Positions 9,532 to 23,115 of a stretch of DNA of 64,000 nt are shown here, in pieces; within the stretch, counting starts at the first letter, position 1; every line of letters begins with the position of its first letter. Both the position numbers and the translations under genes were made by a program. The DNA comes from Acidimicrobiales bacterium (GTDB lineage: Bacteria; Actinomycetota; Acidimicrobiia; Acidimicrobiales; UBA8190). The stretch spans positions 609 to 64,608 of the forward strand of contig DATKIB010000172.1 of assembly GCA_035509915.1 (NCBI GenBank), read 5' to 3'. The notes under the pieces were generated by a model. That model was not told where the DNA came from. It did not search any database and saw only the letters and a list, made by a program, of their open reading frames with translations.

Positions 9532-11715
9532 GTGCCCAAGTTCGAGGTGGTGTCCCCGCTGCGTCCGGCGGGCGACCAGCCGCGCGCCGTCGCCACCCTG
9601 GCGGAAGGGGTCGCTCGAGGCGACCGGTACCAGACGCTCCTGGGCATCACCGGGAGCGGGAAGACGGCCACTGTGGCGTGGACGATCGAGGCGGTCCAGC
9701 GCCCGACCCTCGTGATCGAGCCCAACAAATCCCTGGCAGCCCAGCTCGCCTCGGAGCTGCGCGAGCTGTTCCCCCAAAACCGCGTCGAGTTCTTCGTCTC
9801 GTACTACGACTACTACCAGCCCGAGGCCTACCTTCCCTCGTCGGACACCTACATCGAGAAGGACTCGTCGATCAACGACGAGATAGATCGCCTCCGACAC
9901 GCCACCACGTCCAGCCTCCTGCTCCGCAGGGACGTCATCGTGGTGGCGTCCGTGTCCTGCATCTACGGCCTGGGATCGCCGGAGGAGTACTCGAGCCGCA
10001 TTCTCGTCCTGCACCCGGGTGACACGGTCGAACAGCGCGGCCTGCTGAGACGGCTGGTGGACCTCCACTACGACCGCAACGACACCGTGCTGTCGCGAGG
10101 CAGATTCCGCGTCAGGGGCGACACGGTCGAGCTCCATCCCGCCTACGAGGAGACGGCCGTGCGCATCGAGATGTTCGGCGACGAGGTCGAGCGCATCCGC
10201 TCCTTCGACGCCTTGACCGGCGAGGCGGGCGAAGAGCTCGAGGAGCTGATCGTCTTCTCCGCTACCCACTACGTGGCCGGGGACGAGACGATGAAGCGGG
10301 CGATCGCGGGCATCGAGGTGGAGCTTCGCGAGCGGCTCTCGGTGCTCCAGTCGTCCGGGAAGCTCCTCGAGGCGCAGCGGCTCCGCATGCGGACCGAGCA
10401 CGACCTAGAGATGCTGGCCGAGGTCGGAGTGGTCAACGGGATCGAGAACTACAGCCGGCATCTCGACGGAAGAGCTGCCGGCGAGCCCCCACATACCTTG
10501 CTCGACTTCTTCCCGTCCGACTTCCTGACTGTCATCGACGAGAGCCACGTCACCGTCCCGCAGATCCACGGGCAGTTCGAGGGCGACCGCTCCCGCAAGC
10601 TCACCCTGGTCGAGCACGGGTTCCGCCTGCCCTCCGCTCTGGACAACCGGCCGCTCACCTTCGACGAGTTCACCGAGCGAGTAGGTCAGGTCATCTTCAT
10701 GTCGGCAACCCCGAGCGCCTACGAGCTCGGCGTGTCGACCCGGATAGCGGAACAGGTCATCAGGCCGACGGGGCTGGTCGACCCCGAGGTGCTCATCCAG
10801 CCCACCACGGGCCAGATCGACGATCTCCTCGACCGGGTGCGCGCCGTGGCCGAGCACGACGGCCGGGTGCTCGTCACCACCCTCACGAAGAAGATGGCCG
10901 AGGATCTCACCGACTACCTGGTGGAGCTCGGGGTCAGGGTGCGCTACCTCCACTCGGACATCGACACCATCACTCGGATCGAGCTGCTTCGCGACCTGCG
11001 GCTCGGGGAGTTCGACGTGCTGGTGGGCATAAACCTGCTGCGCGAGGGCCTTGACCTTCCCGAGGTGAAGCTGGTGGCGATCCTCGACGCCGACAAGACG
11101 GGCTTCCTTCGCTCTGCCTCCGCGCTGATCCAGACGATGGGACGTGCTGCGCGCAACGTCGACGGCCAAGTTGTGCTGTACGCGGACACCATCACCGACG
11201 CCATGCGCGAGGCGATCTCAGAGACACAGCGGCGCCGCGCGCTCCAGCAGGCGTACAACGAAGAGCACGGGATCGATCCGACCACGATCCGCAAGGCGGT
11301 CACAGACATTCTCGCTCGGCTTCGTCCGGCCGCCGAGCGCGCCGGCGCGTACGGGCCCGGCGACAAGGGGCGGGGGCAAGCCCGGGGTCGCTCTCGACCC
11401 GCCGTACCGGCCGGAGCGCGAGCCGGGCGCCGATTGCGACCCGACGGACGTCCCACCCGGTCGGTGGGCGCGGCCGGACACGGCCAAGGAGGCGTGGCGG
11501 AGCGTGGTGGGGGGGCCCCGGGGGGAGCGGGCGACGCATATGGCCCACCCGAGGAGCTGGTCGACCTGGTTCGCCGCCTGGAGTCCGAGATGCGCAAGGC
11601 AGCCAAAGAGCTCCGCTACGAGGAGGCGGCTCTGCTTCGCGACGAGATCGCCGAGCTGCGCCTCGCGCTGGCGGAGGCGCCAGGCGGGTCCCCTGTCGGG
11701 GCCCCGGCAGTGTGA
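9532..11715 (+). CDS. uvrB: Excinuclease ABC subunit B
   Basis: [21 protein letters not shown] (Walker A), [13 protein letters not shown], helicase motifs, and a C-terminal UVR motif [15 protein letters not shown]. An Arg/Gly-rich insert of about 60 aa precedes the UVR domain. Confidence 0.97.
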   Translation: MPKFEVVSPLRPAGDQPRAVATLAEGVARGDRYQTLLGITGSGKTATVAWTIEAVQRPTLVIEPNKSLAAQLASELRELFPQNRVEFFVSYYDYYQPEAYLPSSDTYIEKDSSINDEIDRLRHATTSSLLLRRDVIVVASVSCIYGLGSPEEYSSRILVLHPGDTVEQRGLLRRLVDLHYDRNDTVLSRGRFRVRGDTVELHPAYEETAVRIEMFGDEVERIRSFDALTGEAGEELEELIVFSATHYVAGDETMKRAIAGIEVELRERLSVLQSSGKLLEAQRLRMRTEHDLEMLAEVGVVNGIENYSRHLDGRAAGEPPHTLLDFFPSDFLTVIDESHVTVPQIHGQFEGDRSRKLTLVEHGFRLPSALDNRPLTFDEFTERVGQVIFMSATPSAYELGVSTRIAEQVIRPTGLVDPEVLIQPTTGQIDDLLDRVRAVAEHDGRVLVTTLTKKMAEDLTDYLVELGVRVRYLHSDIDTITRIELLRDLRLGEFDVLVGINLLREGLDLPEVKLVAILDADKTGFLRSASALIQTMGRAARNVDGQVVLYADTITDAMREAISETQRRRALQQAYNEEHGIDPTTIRKAVTDILARLRPAAERAGAYGPGDKGRGQARGRSRPAVPAGARAGRRLRPDGRPTRSVGAAGHGQGGVAERGGGAPGGAGDAYGPPEELVDLVRRLESEMRKAAKELRYEEAALLRDEIAELRLALAEAPGGSPVGAPAV

Positions 11716-11802
11716 GGCGATCCCGGACGGCGGCTTTGGGGAGCACCGGTATCCTCGCCGTGATGGTCGTCCATTTCGCCTCACCTCGCGGACCGAGGTC
11801 TC

Positions 11803-14817
<3,015 letters not shown>

Positions 14818-14827
14818 CGCTCGGCCC

Positions 14828-15940
14828 TCAGGTGATGGCGAGCATCTGCTCCAGTGCGACCCGCGCCCAGGCCGCGGTGTCCGGGTCGACGGTGATGCGG
14901 TTCACGACTGTGCCGTCGGCGAGCGACTCGAGCACCCAGCAGAGGTGCGCAGCGTCGATGCGGAACATGGTGGAGCAGGGGCACACGAGGGGGTCGAGCG
15001 AGAGGACCGTCTTGTCGGGATGCTCGTCAGCCAATCGCTTGGTGAGGTGCACCTCGGTGCCGACCCCAATGACAGCGCCAGCGGGCGCCTCGCGCACGAA
15101 GCGGATGATGATGTCGGTCGACCCAGTGGCGTCGGCCAGCTCGACGACCTCGTGAGAGCACTCCGGGTGCACCACCACGCAGCCATCGGGGTGCTCCTGG
15201 CGGAAGGCCGCCACGTGCTCGGGCCGGAATCGCTGGTGCACCGTGCAATGCCCCTGCCACAGCAGGAGCGTTGCCTCCTTGACGTCCGGCTCGTCGAGCC
15301 CGCCGAGCTCGAGGCGCGGGTTCCACACCCTCATGTCACGCTCGGTCCACCCGAGCTGGAATCCGGTGTTGCGGCCTAGGTGCTGATCTGGGAAGAACAG
15401 GACCTTGTCCCCGAGCGCTTCGTTCGCGCCAGCCTCGAGTGCCCAGCGGAGCACCGCGCGCGCGTTCGACGAAGTGCAGACCGATCCGCCGTGACGGCCG
15501 ACGAATGCCTTCAGGTCCGCCGAGGAGTTCATATAGGTGACGGGCACGATGCGATCGGTGTCGGTCACCTCGGCGAGCGAGTCCCACGCCTCCTCCACGG
15601 AGTCGAGATCCGCCATGTCGGCCATCGAGCACCCGGCGTTCAGGTCCGGGAGTAGCACCTGTTGGTGTTCACCGGTGAGGATGTCCGCCGACTCCGCCAT
15701 GAAATGGACCCCGCAGAACACTATGTACTCGGCGTCGTGGCGCTCTGCGGCGATGCGCGACAGCCCGAAGGAATCGCCGCGGGCGTCCGCCCACCGCATG
15801 ACCTCGTCTCGCTGGTAGTGGTGGCCGAGCACCAGGAGTCGCTCGCCGAGGGCGGACTTGGCCGCGCCGATGCGACGGTCCAGCTCGTCGGGCGTTGCGG
15901 TGCTGTAGCGCTCCGGGAGCGCTCGCTGTAGGCGGAGCAT
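14828..15940 (-). CDS. nadA: Quinolinate synthase
   Basis: LVLGHHYQRDEV, FCGVHFMAESADIL, LNAGCSMADMA, CTSSNA, HPEC, VCPCSTMFRID. Start set at ATG 15940 (MLRLQRALPE). The listed ORF extends to 16147 and would overlap the uvrC start. Confidence 0.88.
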   Translation of the reverse strand: MLRLQRALPERYSTATPDELDRRIGAAKSALGERLLVLGHHYQRDEVMRWADARGDSFGLSRIAAERHDAEYIVFCGVHFMAESADILTGEHQQVLLPDLNAGCSMADMADLDSVEEAWDSLAEVTDTDRIVPVTYMNSSADLKAFVGRHGGSVCTSSNARAVLRWALEAGANEALGDKVLFFPDQHLGRNTGFQLGWTERDMRVWNPRLELGGLDEPDVKEATLLLWQGHCTVHQRFRPEHVAAFRQEHPDGCVVVHPECSHEVVELADATGSTDIIIRFVREAPAGAVIGVGTEVHLTKRLADEHPDKTVLSLDPLVCPCSTMFRIDAAHLCWVLESLADGTVVNRITVDPDTAAWARVALEQMLAIT

Positions 15941-16078
15941 TCGGACCCCCTTCGGGGAGGGCTCCGATTCACGGCCGGCGGGGACAGCCTGGTCGCCCAT
16001 CCGCGGGGTTGTCGGCCTCGGAGCCTTCTGTACGCCGGGGTACCAGGCCGGCGCTGCCTCCAGGTTACTCTCCGAAAG

Positions 16079-18226
16079 ATGCGCGTCCGTCCCAGACCCG
16101 GCGAGGTACCCGACTCCCCGGGCTCCTACCAGTTCCTGGACGCCCAAGGCAGGGTCCTTTACGTCGGCAAGGCGAAGTCACTGCGCAGCCGCGTCTCGAA
16201 TTACCTGGCCGACCCTGCCACCCTCCCGGCGCGCACCGCCCAGCTCGTCTCTGCCGCCGACCACGTCGAGTGGATCCAGGTGGCCAACGAGGTCGAGGCG
16301 ATCCTCCTCGAGTACGCGCTCATCAAGCGCCACAGGCCGCGCTTCAACATCCGCCTGGTGGACGACAAGAGCTATCCGTACCTCGCCGTGACCGTCTCGG
16401 ATGAATGGCCTCGCGCAGCAGTGGTGCGCGGCCGCCGAAGGCCGGGCATACGGTACTTCGGGCCGTACGCCCACGTCGGAGCCCTGCGAGACACGCTCGA
16501 CCTCCTGCTGCGCACCTTCGGCGTCCGGTCCTGCTCGGACACCAAGTTCGACCGCCATTGCAAGCTCGGCAAGCCCTGTCTCCTCTATCACATCGAGCGT
16601 TGCTCGGGACCCTGCATAGGTGCGGTCGACCACGAGGATTATTCGCGGCTCGTGGAGGACCTCATGTCGTTCTTCGCCGGCGCTACCGACGATGTCGAGC
16701 GAAGGCTGCACTCGGAGATGGAGGAGGCGGCCGAGGGTCTCGACTTCGAGCGTGCAGCGCGAAGGCGCGACCAGCTGTCGACGTTGCAGATGGCGGTCGA
16801 GCGCCAGCAGGTCGTGACCGAGGACCCCGAGGATCTGGACGTGGTCGGTCTGGAGGACGACGTGCTCGAGACGGCCGTGTGCGTGTTTCACGTGCGCCGC
16901 GGCCGCATCGTGGGCCGGCGCGGATTCATCGTGGACAAGGTGGAGGAGATCGACCGCCCTCAACTCGTGGGACGGGTGCTGGAGCAGCTATACGCCGATG
17001 CGCAGCCCTCCTTGCCCGGTCGCCGCGCCAGAGCCAAGCGCGGCGCCGACTCGGAGGGCTGGACGTCGGGAGCGGGGGACCCGGCCACGTGGGCGGGAGC
17101 CGGGCCTGCTGCCGACGGGGTTCCGAAGCTCGTGCTAGTGCCGGAGATGCCGGAGGACGCGGACGCGTACGCGGCCTTTCTGTCGGACCGACGCGGCGGC
17201 CCGGTGGCGTTGCGGTCTCCAATGCGCGGCGGCAAGAGAGCCCTCATGGAGACCGCGGCGCGCAATGCTTCGGAAGACCTGGTCCACCACCGGCTGCGGC
17301 GTGCATCGGACTACGACAGCAGGGCGAAGGCGCTCGAGTCGCTGCGCGTAGCACTCGGCATGGACGAGGCGCCCCTGCGCATCGAGTGCTACGACATGAG
17401 CCACCTCCAGGGCACTGACTACGTCGGGTCCATGGTGGTCCTCGAGGACGGGCTCCCTCGCAAGAGCGAGTACCGCCACTTCCGCATCCGCGACGTGCCG
17501 GGCAACGACGACTACGCGGCGATGGAGGAGGTCCTCACCCGGAGGTTGCGCGCCCTGCTCGAGGAGAGATCGGAGCACCGCGAGGCGAAGCTCCCTCAGG
17601 ACGACGCCGGCGAGCGACCGTCGCGCAGGGGCGCAAGACGCTTCGCGTACCCTCCTCAGCTGCTGCTCCTCGATGGAGGCAAGGGTCAGCTGGCGGTCGG
17701 GGTGAGGGTCCTGGAGCAGTTGGGCCTGAGCGGACGGATAGCGGTTGCCGCGCTCGCCAAGCAGTTCGAGGAGGTCTTCGTGCCGGGGCGCTCGGAGCCC
17801 CTTCGGATCCCGAGGGGATCCGAAGCGCTCTTCCTGCTCCAGAGGGTCCGGGACGAGGCACACCGCTTCGCCATCTCCTACCACCGCCGGCTTCGGGGCA
17901 AGCGGGTGAGGTCCAGTACCCTCGATGGCGTGCAGGGCCTCGGTCCCGTGCGCCGGGCCCGACTGCTCAAGGAGATGGGGAGCGTCCGAAAGCTCCGACA
18001 GGCTTCGTACGAGGACTTGGAGTCTCTCGACTGGCTCCCCGAGCGCGTCGCAGCCGCGGTGTACGAGCACCTGCACCGGGTGCCCTCCCCCTCCGGACGG
18101 GGCCGCGTCTCCGCCGATGGGGAAGAGCCCGGTGCCTCGGGAGCCGGAGCGAAGCTTCCCGCCCTCTCCGGGGTGACAGGGGGAGCGCAGTGGGCCGGGC
18201 CGGGGGAGGATGGGACCGGTGAGTGA
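16079..18226 (+). CDS. uvrC: Excinuclease ABC subunit C
   Basis: GIY-YIG N-terminus PGSYQFLDAQGRVLYVGKAKSLRSRVSNY, a UVR motif (FERAARRRDQL), an endonuclease V-like domain and a C-terminal HhH region. Low-complexity insert and tail. Confidence 0.95.
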   Translation: MRVRPRPGEVPDSPGSYQFLDAQGRVLYVGKAKSLRSRVSNYLADPATLPARTAQLVSAADHVEWIQVANEVEAILLEYALIKRHRPRFNIRLVDDKSYPYLAVTVSDEWPRAAVVRGRRRPGIRYFGPYAHVGALRDTLDLLLRTFGVRSCSDTKFDRHCKLGKPCLLYHIERCSGPCIGAVDHEDYSRLVEDLMSFFAGATDDVERRLHSEMEEAAEGLDFERAARRRDQLSTLQMAVERQQVVTEDPEDLDVVGLEDDVLETAVCVFHVRRGRIVGRRGFIVDKVEEIDRPQLVGRVLEQLYADAQPSLPGRRARAKRGADSEGWTSGAGDPATWAGAGPAADGVPKLVLVPEMPEDADAYAAFLSDRRGGPVALRSPMRGGKRALMETAARNASEDLVHHRLRRASDYDSRAKALESLRVALGMDEAPLRIECYDMSHLQGTDYVGSMVVLEDGLPRKSEYRHFRIRDVPGNDDYAAMEEVLTRRLRALLEERSEHREAKLPQDDAGERPSRRGARRFAYPPQLLLLDGGKGQLAVGVRVLEQLGLSGRIAVAALAKQFEEVFVPGRSEPLRIPRGSEALFLLQRVRDEAHRFAISYHRRLRGKRVRSSTLDGVQGLGPVRRARLLKEMGSVRKLRQASYEDLESLDWLPERVAAAVYEHLHRVPSPSGRGRVSADGEEPGASGAGAKLPALSGVTGGAQWAGPGEDGTGE

Positions 18227-19070
18227 GTACCTGGTGATCACGGGGATGTCCGGGGCGGGACGTTCGACCGCCGCTGCCGCCCTGGAGGACGCGGGCTGGT
18301 ACGTGATCGACAACATGCCCCCGTCGCTCCTGTCGGAGGTGGCCGACGTGGTCGGTGGACCGGACTCGGGGACCGATCGGGTGGCCCTCGTCATCGGGCG
18401 CGGGGGCGGCGCGATGGTCGACGAGGCGCTCCCAGCGATCGACTCGCTGTCCGCGCGCGGCGAGAAGATCTCGGTGGTGTTCCTCGATGCCCCCGACGAC
18501 GTGCTCGTCAAGCGCTTCGAGGGCACTCGCAGGCGTCATCCGCTCTCGGGGGCCCACGTCGAGGACGCCATCGCGGACGAGCGACGACGCCTCGAGACGA
18601 TCCGCCACCGTTCGGACGTCCTGCTCGACACCGGGATGCTGAACGTCAACCAGCTGCGCCGCCGTGTGTTCGACCTGTTCGGAGAGGGCTCGAAGAGCCC
18701 GATGCGGACCTCCGTCGTGTCCTTCGGCTACAAGCACGGTGTGCCGCTCGACGCCGACCTCATGTTCGACTGCCGTTTCCTGCCCAACCCGAATTGGGTC
18801 GAGGAGCTGAGGCCGCTGTCGGGCCTCGACGAGCCGGTCAGGGGGTTCGTGCTCTCCCAGGATGCGACGGCCGGGTTTCTCGAACGGGTCGACGGGCTGC
18901 TCGGGGACCTGCTGCCCTCGTACGCAGCCGAGGGCAAGTCCTATCTCACCGTCGCGGTCGGGTGCACCGGGGGGCGGCACCGGTCGGTGGTCCTGGCCGA
19001 GGAGCTGGCGCGTCGCCTGCTCAAGAGAGGGCTCGAGGTCTCGGTGGTCCACCGGGACATAGACCGTTGA
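18210..19070 (+). CDS. rapZ: RNase adapter / nucleotide-binding protein RapZ (YvcJ family)
   Basis: VITGMSGAGRSTAAAALEDAGWYVIDNMPPSLL, and C-terminal VAVGCTGGRHRSV. Overlaps the uvrC end; an alternative GTG start lies at 18219. Confidence 0.9.
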   Translation: MGPVSEYLVITGMSGAGRSTAAAALEDAGWYVIDNMPPSLLSEVADVVGGPDSGTDRVALVIGRGGGAMVDEALPAIDSLSARGEKISVVFLDAPDDVLVKRFEGTRRRHPLSGAHVEDAIADERRRLETIRHRSDVLLDTGMLNVNQLRRRVFDLFGEGSKSPMRTSVVSFGYKHGVPLDADLMFDCRFLPNPNWVEELRPLSGLDEPVRGFVLSQDATAGFLERVDGLLGDLLPSYAAEGKSYLTVAVGCTGGRHRSVVLAEELARRLLKRGLEVSVVHRDIDR

Positions 19071-19981
19071 GCCCCCGCGGACGAACCAAGCCCCCGGGTG
19101 CGGGCACGGCAGGGGCGGGCCCTTCCGTCGTCGCCATCGGGGGGGGCCTCGGGCTCGCCGCCACCCTGCGGGCGGTTCGGCGGTACGCGGGACAGATCAC
19201 CGCCGTCGTGTCGCTCGCCGACGACGGCGGTTCTTCGGGCCGGTTGCGGCGCGAGCTAGGCATCGCGCCCCCCGGCGACCTGCGCAAGTGCCTGGTGGCG
19301 TTGGCCTCCGACCACAGCCCCCTCGCCTCGGCGTTCGAGCACCGCTTCGACTCGGACTCCGCGGAGCTGGCCGGGCACGCGCTGGGCAACCTGGTCCTCG
19401 CCGGGCTCGTGGCAGCCACCGGGGATCTGCAACGGGCGCTCGACGAGGCAGGAAGGCTGCTCGGTGCCGTAGGGCGGGTACTGCCCGCGTCGTGCGAGCC
19501 CGTCGTCCTCAAAGCCTCCTCGCCTGCGGGGGTGGTGGAGGGGCAGACGGCCGTGGCAGGCACCGTGGAGATAGAGAGCATCTCGCTCGTGCCGGCGGAC
19601 CCACCTGCTCCTCAGGCTGTCCTGGAAGCGCTGGGCGCGGCCGACCAGGTGGTGGTGGGTCCGGGTTCGCTCTTCACGAGCGTGCTGGCGGCGGTCGCGG
19701 TCCCCCAGGTGGCTGAGGCCATCCGCAGTACCGCCGCCAGGAAGGTCTACGTGGCGAACCTGCGGCCCCAGCGTGCAGAGACCGAAGGCTACGACGTGGC
19801 GGACCACATCAGAGCCCTCGAGGCCCACGGCGTAAGGGTCGACGTCGTGCTGGCCGACACCACCGGCATCGCCCTCGGGGATCCGTCCGTGCCAGTGGTC
19901 GAGACCCACCTGGCCAAGCGCAACGGGCTGGCACATGACCCTGCCAGACTGGCGGCGGCGCTCGAAGGTCTGGTCGGATAG
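19067..19981 (+). CDS. YvcK/CuvA-like gluconeogenesis factor (CofD/UPF0052 family)
   Basis: VVAIGGGLGLAATLRAVRRYAGQITAVVSLADDGGSSGRLRRELGIAPPGDLRKCLVALA. An in-frame TTG at 19067 overlaps the rapZ stop (TTGA). Confidence 0.85.
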   Translation: MSPRGRTKPPGAGTAGAGPSVVAIGGGLGLAATLRAVRRYAGQITAVVSLADDGGSSGRLRRELGIAPPGDLRKCLVALASDHSPLASAFEHRFDSDSAELAGHALGNLVLAGLVAATGDLQRALDEAGRLLGAVGRVLPASCEPVVLKASSPAGVVEGQTAVAGTVEIESISLVPADPPAPQAVLEALGAADQVVVGPGSLFTSVLAAVAVPQVAEAIRSTAARKVYVANLRPQRAETEGYDVADHIRALEAHGVRVDVVLADTTGIALGDPSVPVVETHLAKRNGLAHDPARLAAALEGLVG

Positions 19982-19986
19982 GGACG

Positions 19987-21021
19987 ATGACGGTTCGAGT
20001 CGGGATCAACGGCTTCGGGCGGATCGGCAGAAACTTTCTTCGTGCCGCGCGGGCGCAGGGTGGGGACGTCGTGGTGGTGGCTGTCAACGACCTCACCGAT
20101 GCGAAGACGAACGCCCACCTGCTGCGTTACGACACCACCTACGGTCGCTTCGACGCGGAGGTGAGTGTCGACGGGGACACCATGACGGTCGCCGGGCGTC
20201 CGATCAGGGTCCTCGCCGAGAGCGATCCCAAGGCGCTGCCGTGGGGCGAGCTCGGGGCGGAGGTGGTCCTCGAGTCCACCGGAAGGTTCAGCACCCGCGA
20301 GGCCTCCTCAGCGCACCTCGACGCAGGGGCCCGGCGTGTGATCATCTCCGCTCCTGCGACGGGTGTCGACGCCACGTTCGTGATCGGGGTCAACGACCAG
20401 ACCTTCGACCCGAAGCGCCACTTCGTGGTGTCCAACGCCTCGTGCACCACCAATTGTTTCGTCCCGATGGTGCATGTGCTCGACGAGGCTTTCGGGGTGA
20501 CGAGCGGGCTCATGACGACGGTGCACGCGTACACCAACGACCAGAACCTGCTGGACCTCACCCACAAGGACCTTCGACGTGCCCGCGCCGCGGCGCAGAA
20601 CATCATTCCCGCGTCGAGCGGTGCCGCGAGGGCCACGAGCCTGGTGCTCGAGGCGATGAAGGGGCGCCTCGACGGCGCCGCCCTGCGGGTACCCGTCGCC
20701 GACGGATCCATCACCGACTTCACGGCTGTCGTGCGGCGCACGGTGAGTGTGGACGAGGTCAACGAGGCATTCCGGGCCGCTTCCCGAGAAGGCCCGCTGT
20801 CGAAGGTGCTGGTCTACACCGAGGACCCCATCGTCTCCTCGGACATAGTGGGTAGCTCGGCGTCGTGCACGTTCGATGCAGGGCTCACGATGGTCATGCC
20901 CGTCACCGAGAGCACGACATTGGTGAAGGCCCACGGGTGGTACGACAACGAGTGGGGCTATGCCAGCCGCCTCGTCGACCTCTGTCTGCTGATCGGCGGC
21001 TCAGGGCCCGAAGGATCCTGA
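19987..21021 (+). CDS. gap: Type I glyceraldehyde-3-phosphate dehydrogenase
   Basis: VGINGFGRIGRNFLRA, catalytic SNASCTTNC, and WYDNEWGY near the C-terminus. Confidence 0.97.
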   Translation: MTVRVGINGFGRIGRNFLRAARAQGGDVVVVAVNDLTDAKTNAHLLRYDTTYGRFDAEVSVDGDTMTVAGRPIRVLAESDPKALPWGELGAEVVLESTGRFSTREASSAHLDAGARRVIISAPATGVDATFVIGVNDQTFDPKRHFVVSNASCTTNCFVPMVHVLDEAFGVTSGLMTTVHAYTNDQNLLDLTHKDLRRARAAAQNIIPASSGAARATSLVLEAMKGRLDGAALRVPVADGSITDFTAVVRRTVSVDEVNEAFRAASREGPLSKVLVYTEDPIVSSDIVGSSASCTFDAGLTMVMPVTESTTLVKAHGWYDNEWGYASRLVDLCLLIGGSGPEGS

Positions 21022-21041
21022 CCTCCAGTGCAGTCGAAGCG

Positions 21042-22238
21042 TTGAGCGGTCGGCCCGGTGCGGCGGCGGGGCTGCCTCTGCTCGAGGACCTCCCGCCGGT
21101 AGCCGGCAGACGTGTGCTCGTGCGTGTCGACTTCAACGTCCCGCTCGTTCGCCCCGAAGGAGACCAGGGGCCGGCCGTGGTCGCCGACGACTTCCGCATT
21201 CGCGCCGCTACGGAGACCCTTGGGTGGCTGGTCTCGAGGGGCGCTTCGGTAACTGCGTGCACGCACCTGGGCAGGCCGAAGGGACATGTGGACCCTCTCT
21301 ACAGCGTCGCCCCGGTACGCGCACGGCTCGAGGAGCTTGCTCCTGGCGTCGAACTGCTCGAGAACCTCCGCTTCGACCCGGGGGAGGAGGGGTGCGACCC
21401 GAGGTTCGTGGACAGGCTGGTGAAGGGTTTCGACGCGTTCGTCAACGACGCGTTCGGGTCCTCGCACCGTGCCCACGCCTCGATCGTCGGCCCTCCGACG
21501 CGGCTGCCCTCTGCCGCTGGGCGCCTCCTGGCACGCGAGGTCGAGGTGCTCGGGGGGTTGCTCGAGGGGCCCGAGCGCCCGTTCGTAGCAGTGGCGGGAG
21601 GGGCGAAGGTGGCCGACAAGCTCGGGGTGCTGCGCTCCCTGCTCGAGAAGGTGGACCATCTGATCGTCGGTGGCGGCATGGCTTATACGTTCCTGGTGGC
21701 CCAGGGTCACACCGTCGCCCGCTCGCTGGTCGACCCGGACAGTGTCGAGAGCTGCAAGGAGCTCCTCGACTCGGCCTCTGAGCGCCTGCTCCTGCCATCG
21801 GATCTCGTCGCTCTCGGACCGGGTGGGACCATCGGGCGGGGGAGGGGCGGCACCGGGGAGAGCGCAGTCGTCGGCCTCGACGTGCCCGACGGCTGGGAGG
21901 GCGTCGACATCGGCCCGGACACCGCCGGCAGGTTCGCGCAGGCTCTGACCGGCGCACGGACGATCTTCTGGAACGGGCCGGTGGGCGCCTTCGAGGACGA
22001 CCGCTTCAGCAAGGGAACGCGAGCGGTGGCCGAGGCGGTGACCGATTCGGGGGCGTGGAGCGTCGTGGGAGGGGGCGACACCGCGGCGGCGCTCGATTCG
22101 TTCGGGCTTGCAGATCGAGTGGGCTTCGTCTCGACCGGAGGGGGAGCATCCCTCGAGCTGCTCGAGCACGGGGACCTGCCGGGCCTGCGCGCGCTGCGGG
22201 AAGCCTCCAACGCCCCGGGCCGGCGCGGGAGCGACTGA
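21042..22238 (+). CDS. pgk: Phosphoglycerate kinase
   Basis: GRRVLVRVDFNVPL, FVNDAFGSSHRAHAS, GGAKVADKLGVL, FWNGPVGAFE, GGGDTAAA. Start taken at TTG 21042, the first plausible start after the gap stop. The listed ORF start 20865 lies inside gap. Confidence 0.92.
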   Translation: MSGRPGAAAGLPLLEDLPPVAGRRVLVRVDFNVPLVRPEGDQGPAVVADDFRIRAATETLGWLVSRGASVTACTHLGRPKGHVDPLYSVAPVRARLEELAPGVELLENLRFDPGEEGCDPRFVDRLVKGFDAFVNDAFGSSHRAHASIVGPPTRLPSAAGRLLAREVEVLGGLLEGPERPFVAVAGGAKVADKLGVLRSLLEKVDHLIVGGGMAYTFLVAQGHTVARSLVDPDSVESCKELLDSASERLLLPSDLVALGPGGTIGRGRGGTGESAVVGLDVPDGWEGVDIGPDTAGRFAQALTGARTIFWNGPVGAFEDDRFSKGTRAVAEAVTDSGAWSVVGGGDTAAALDSFGLADRVGFVSTGGGASLELLEHGDLPGLRALREASNAPGRRGSD

Positions 22239-23059
22239 TGTCGGCGGCTACCGCGTCGAGGCACATCGCCGGCCGCAGGCCGCTCGTGAGCGGCAACTGG
22301 AAGATGCATCACGACCACCTCCAGGCCATCCGCACCGTGCAGGATCTAGGGCTCCGGATCGCCGCCGCTGAGCTCGGGGCGCTCGACGTGTCGGTGCACC
22401 CACCTTTTTGTGACCTGCGCTCGGTGGGGACGGTGCTCGAGGATCGCGGGATCGGGGTATGGCTCGGGGCCCAGCACTGCCACTTCGAGGACTCGGGAGC
22501 CTTCACCGGGGAGGTGTCGCCGCCGATGCTGGCACGCCTCGGGGTCGTCTACGTGATCGTGGGACACTCCGAGCGCCGTCAGCTCTTCGCGCAGACTGAC
22601 GACGTCGTGGCGGCGACCCTCAGGTCGGTATTGCGAAGCGGCATGGTGCCGATCGTCTGCGTGGGGGAGACCGCCACCGAGCGCGAGGAGGGCGTGACCG
22701 CAGAGCGCCTCAGCGCCCAGACCGAGGCTGCTCTCGGCGGCCTGCCGCCGGAGCAGGTGGCGGGGCTGGTCGTCGCGTACGAGCCGATATGGGCGATCGG
22801 TACCGGCCGCACCGCCACGGAGGAGGACGCCGAGGAGGCCTGTTCTCACATACGCGCCGTGATCACCGGGCTCGCGGGCGAGCAGGCGGCCGCCAGCGTG
22901 CGAATCCAGTACGGAGGCTCGGTGCGACCGGACAACACGGCGGAGCTCATGGCGGAGCCCGACGTCGACGGGCTCCTGGTGGGAGGGGCGAGCCTGGAGG
23001 CGGCCAAGTTCGCCGAGATCGTCCGGATCGCCGCTCAGAGCGTGGCCGCGGCCCGCTGA
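22238..23059 (+). CDS. tpiA: Triose-phosphate isomerase
   Basis: SGNWKMH, VGHSERR, AYEPIWAIGTG, IQYGGSV. ATG 22238 overlaps the pgk stop (TGATG). Confidence 0.95.
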   Translation: MSAATASRHIAGRRPLVSGNWKMHHDHLQAIRTVQDLGLRIAAAELGALDVSVHPPFCDLRSVGTVLEDRGIGVWLGAQHCHFEDSGAFTGEVSPPMLARLGVVYVIVGHSERRQLFAQTDDVVAATLRSVLRSGMVPIVCVGETATEREEGVTAERLSAQTEAALGGLPPEQVAGLVVAYEPIWAIGTGRTATEEDAEEACSHIRAVITGLAGEQAAASVRIQYGGSVRPDNTAELMAEPDVDGLLVGGASLEAAKFAEIVRIAAQSVAAAR

Positions 23060-23115
23060 CCTCGGGTGCTTTGCTAGTTTCCTGCTGTCCCCGGCCCCTC
23101 GGGAGGAGCGGATAG

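Noticed and set aside
15941-16147. An extended nadA N-terminus (listed ORF start 16147), and similarly 43936..44349 for the second LipJ-like gene, 40686..40799 for PhyH and 55046..55357 for the EAL gene.
   Set aside because: The extensions overlap neighbouring divergent or upstream genes, lack family similarity, and have internal ATG/GTG starts that match the ortholog-like N-termini.
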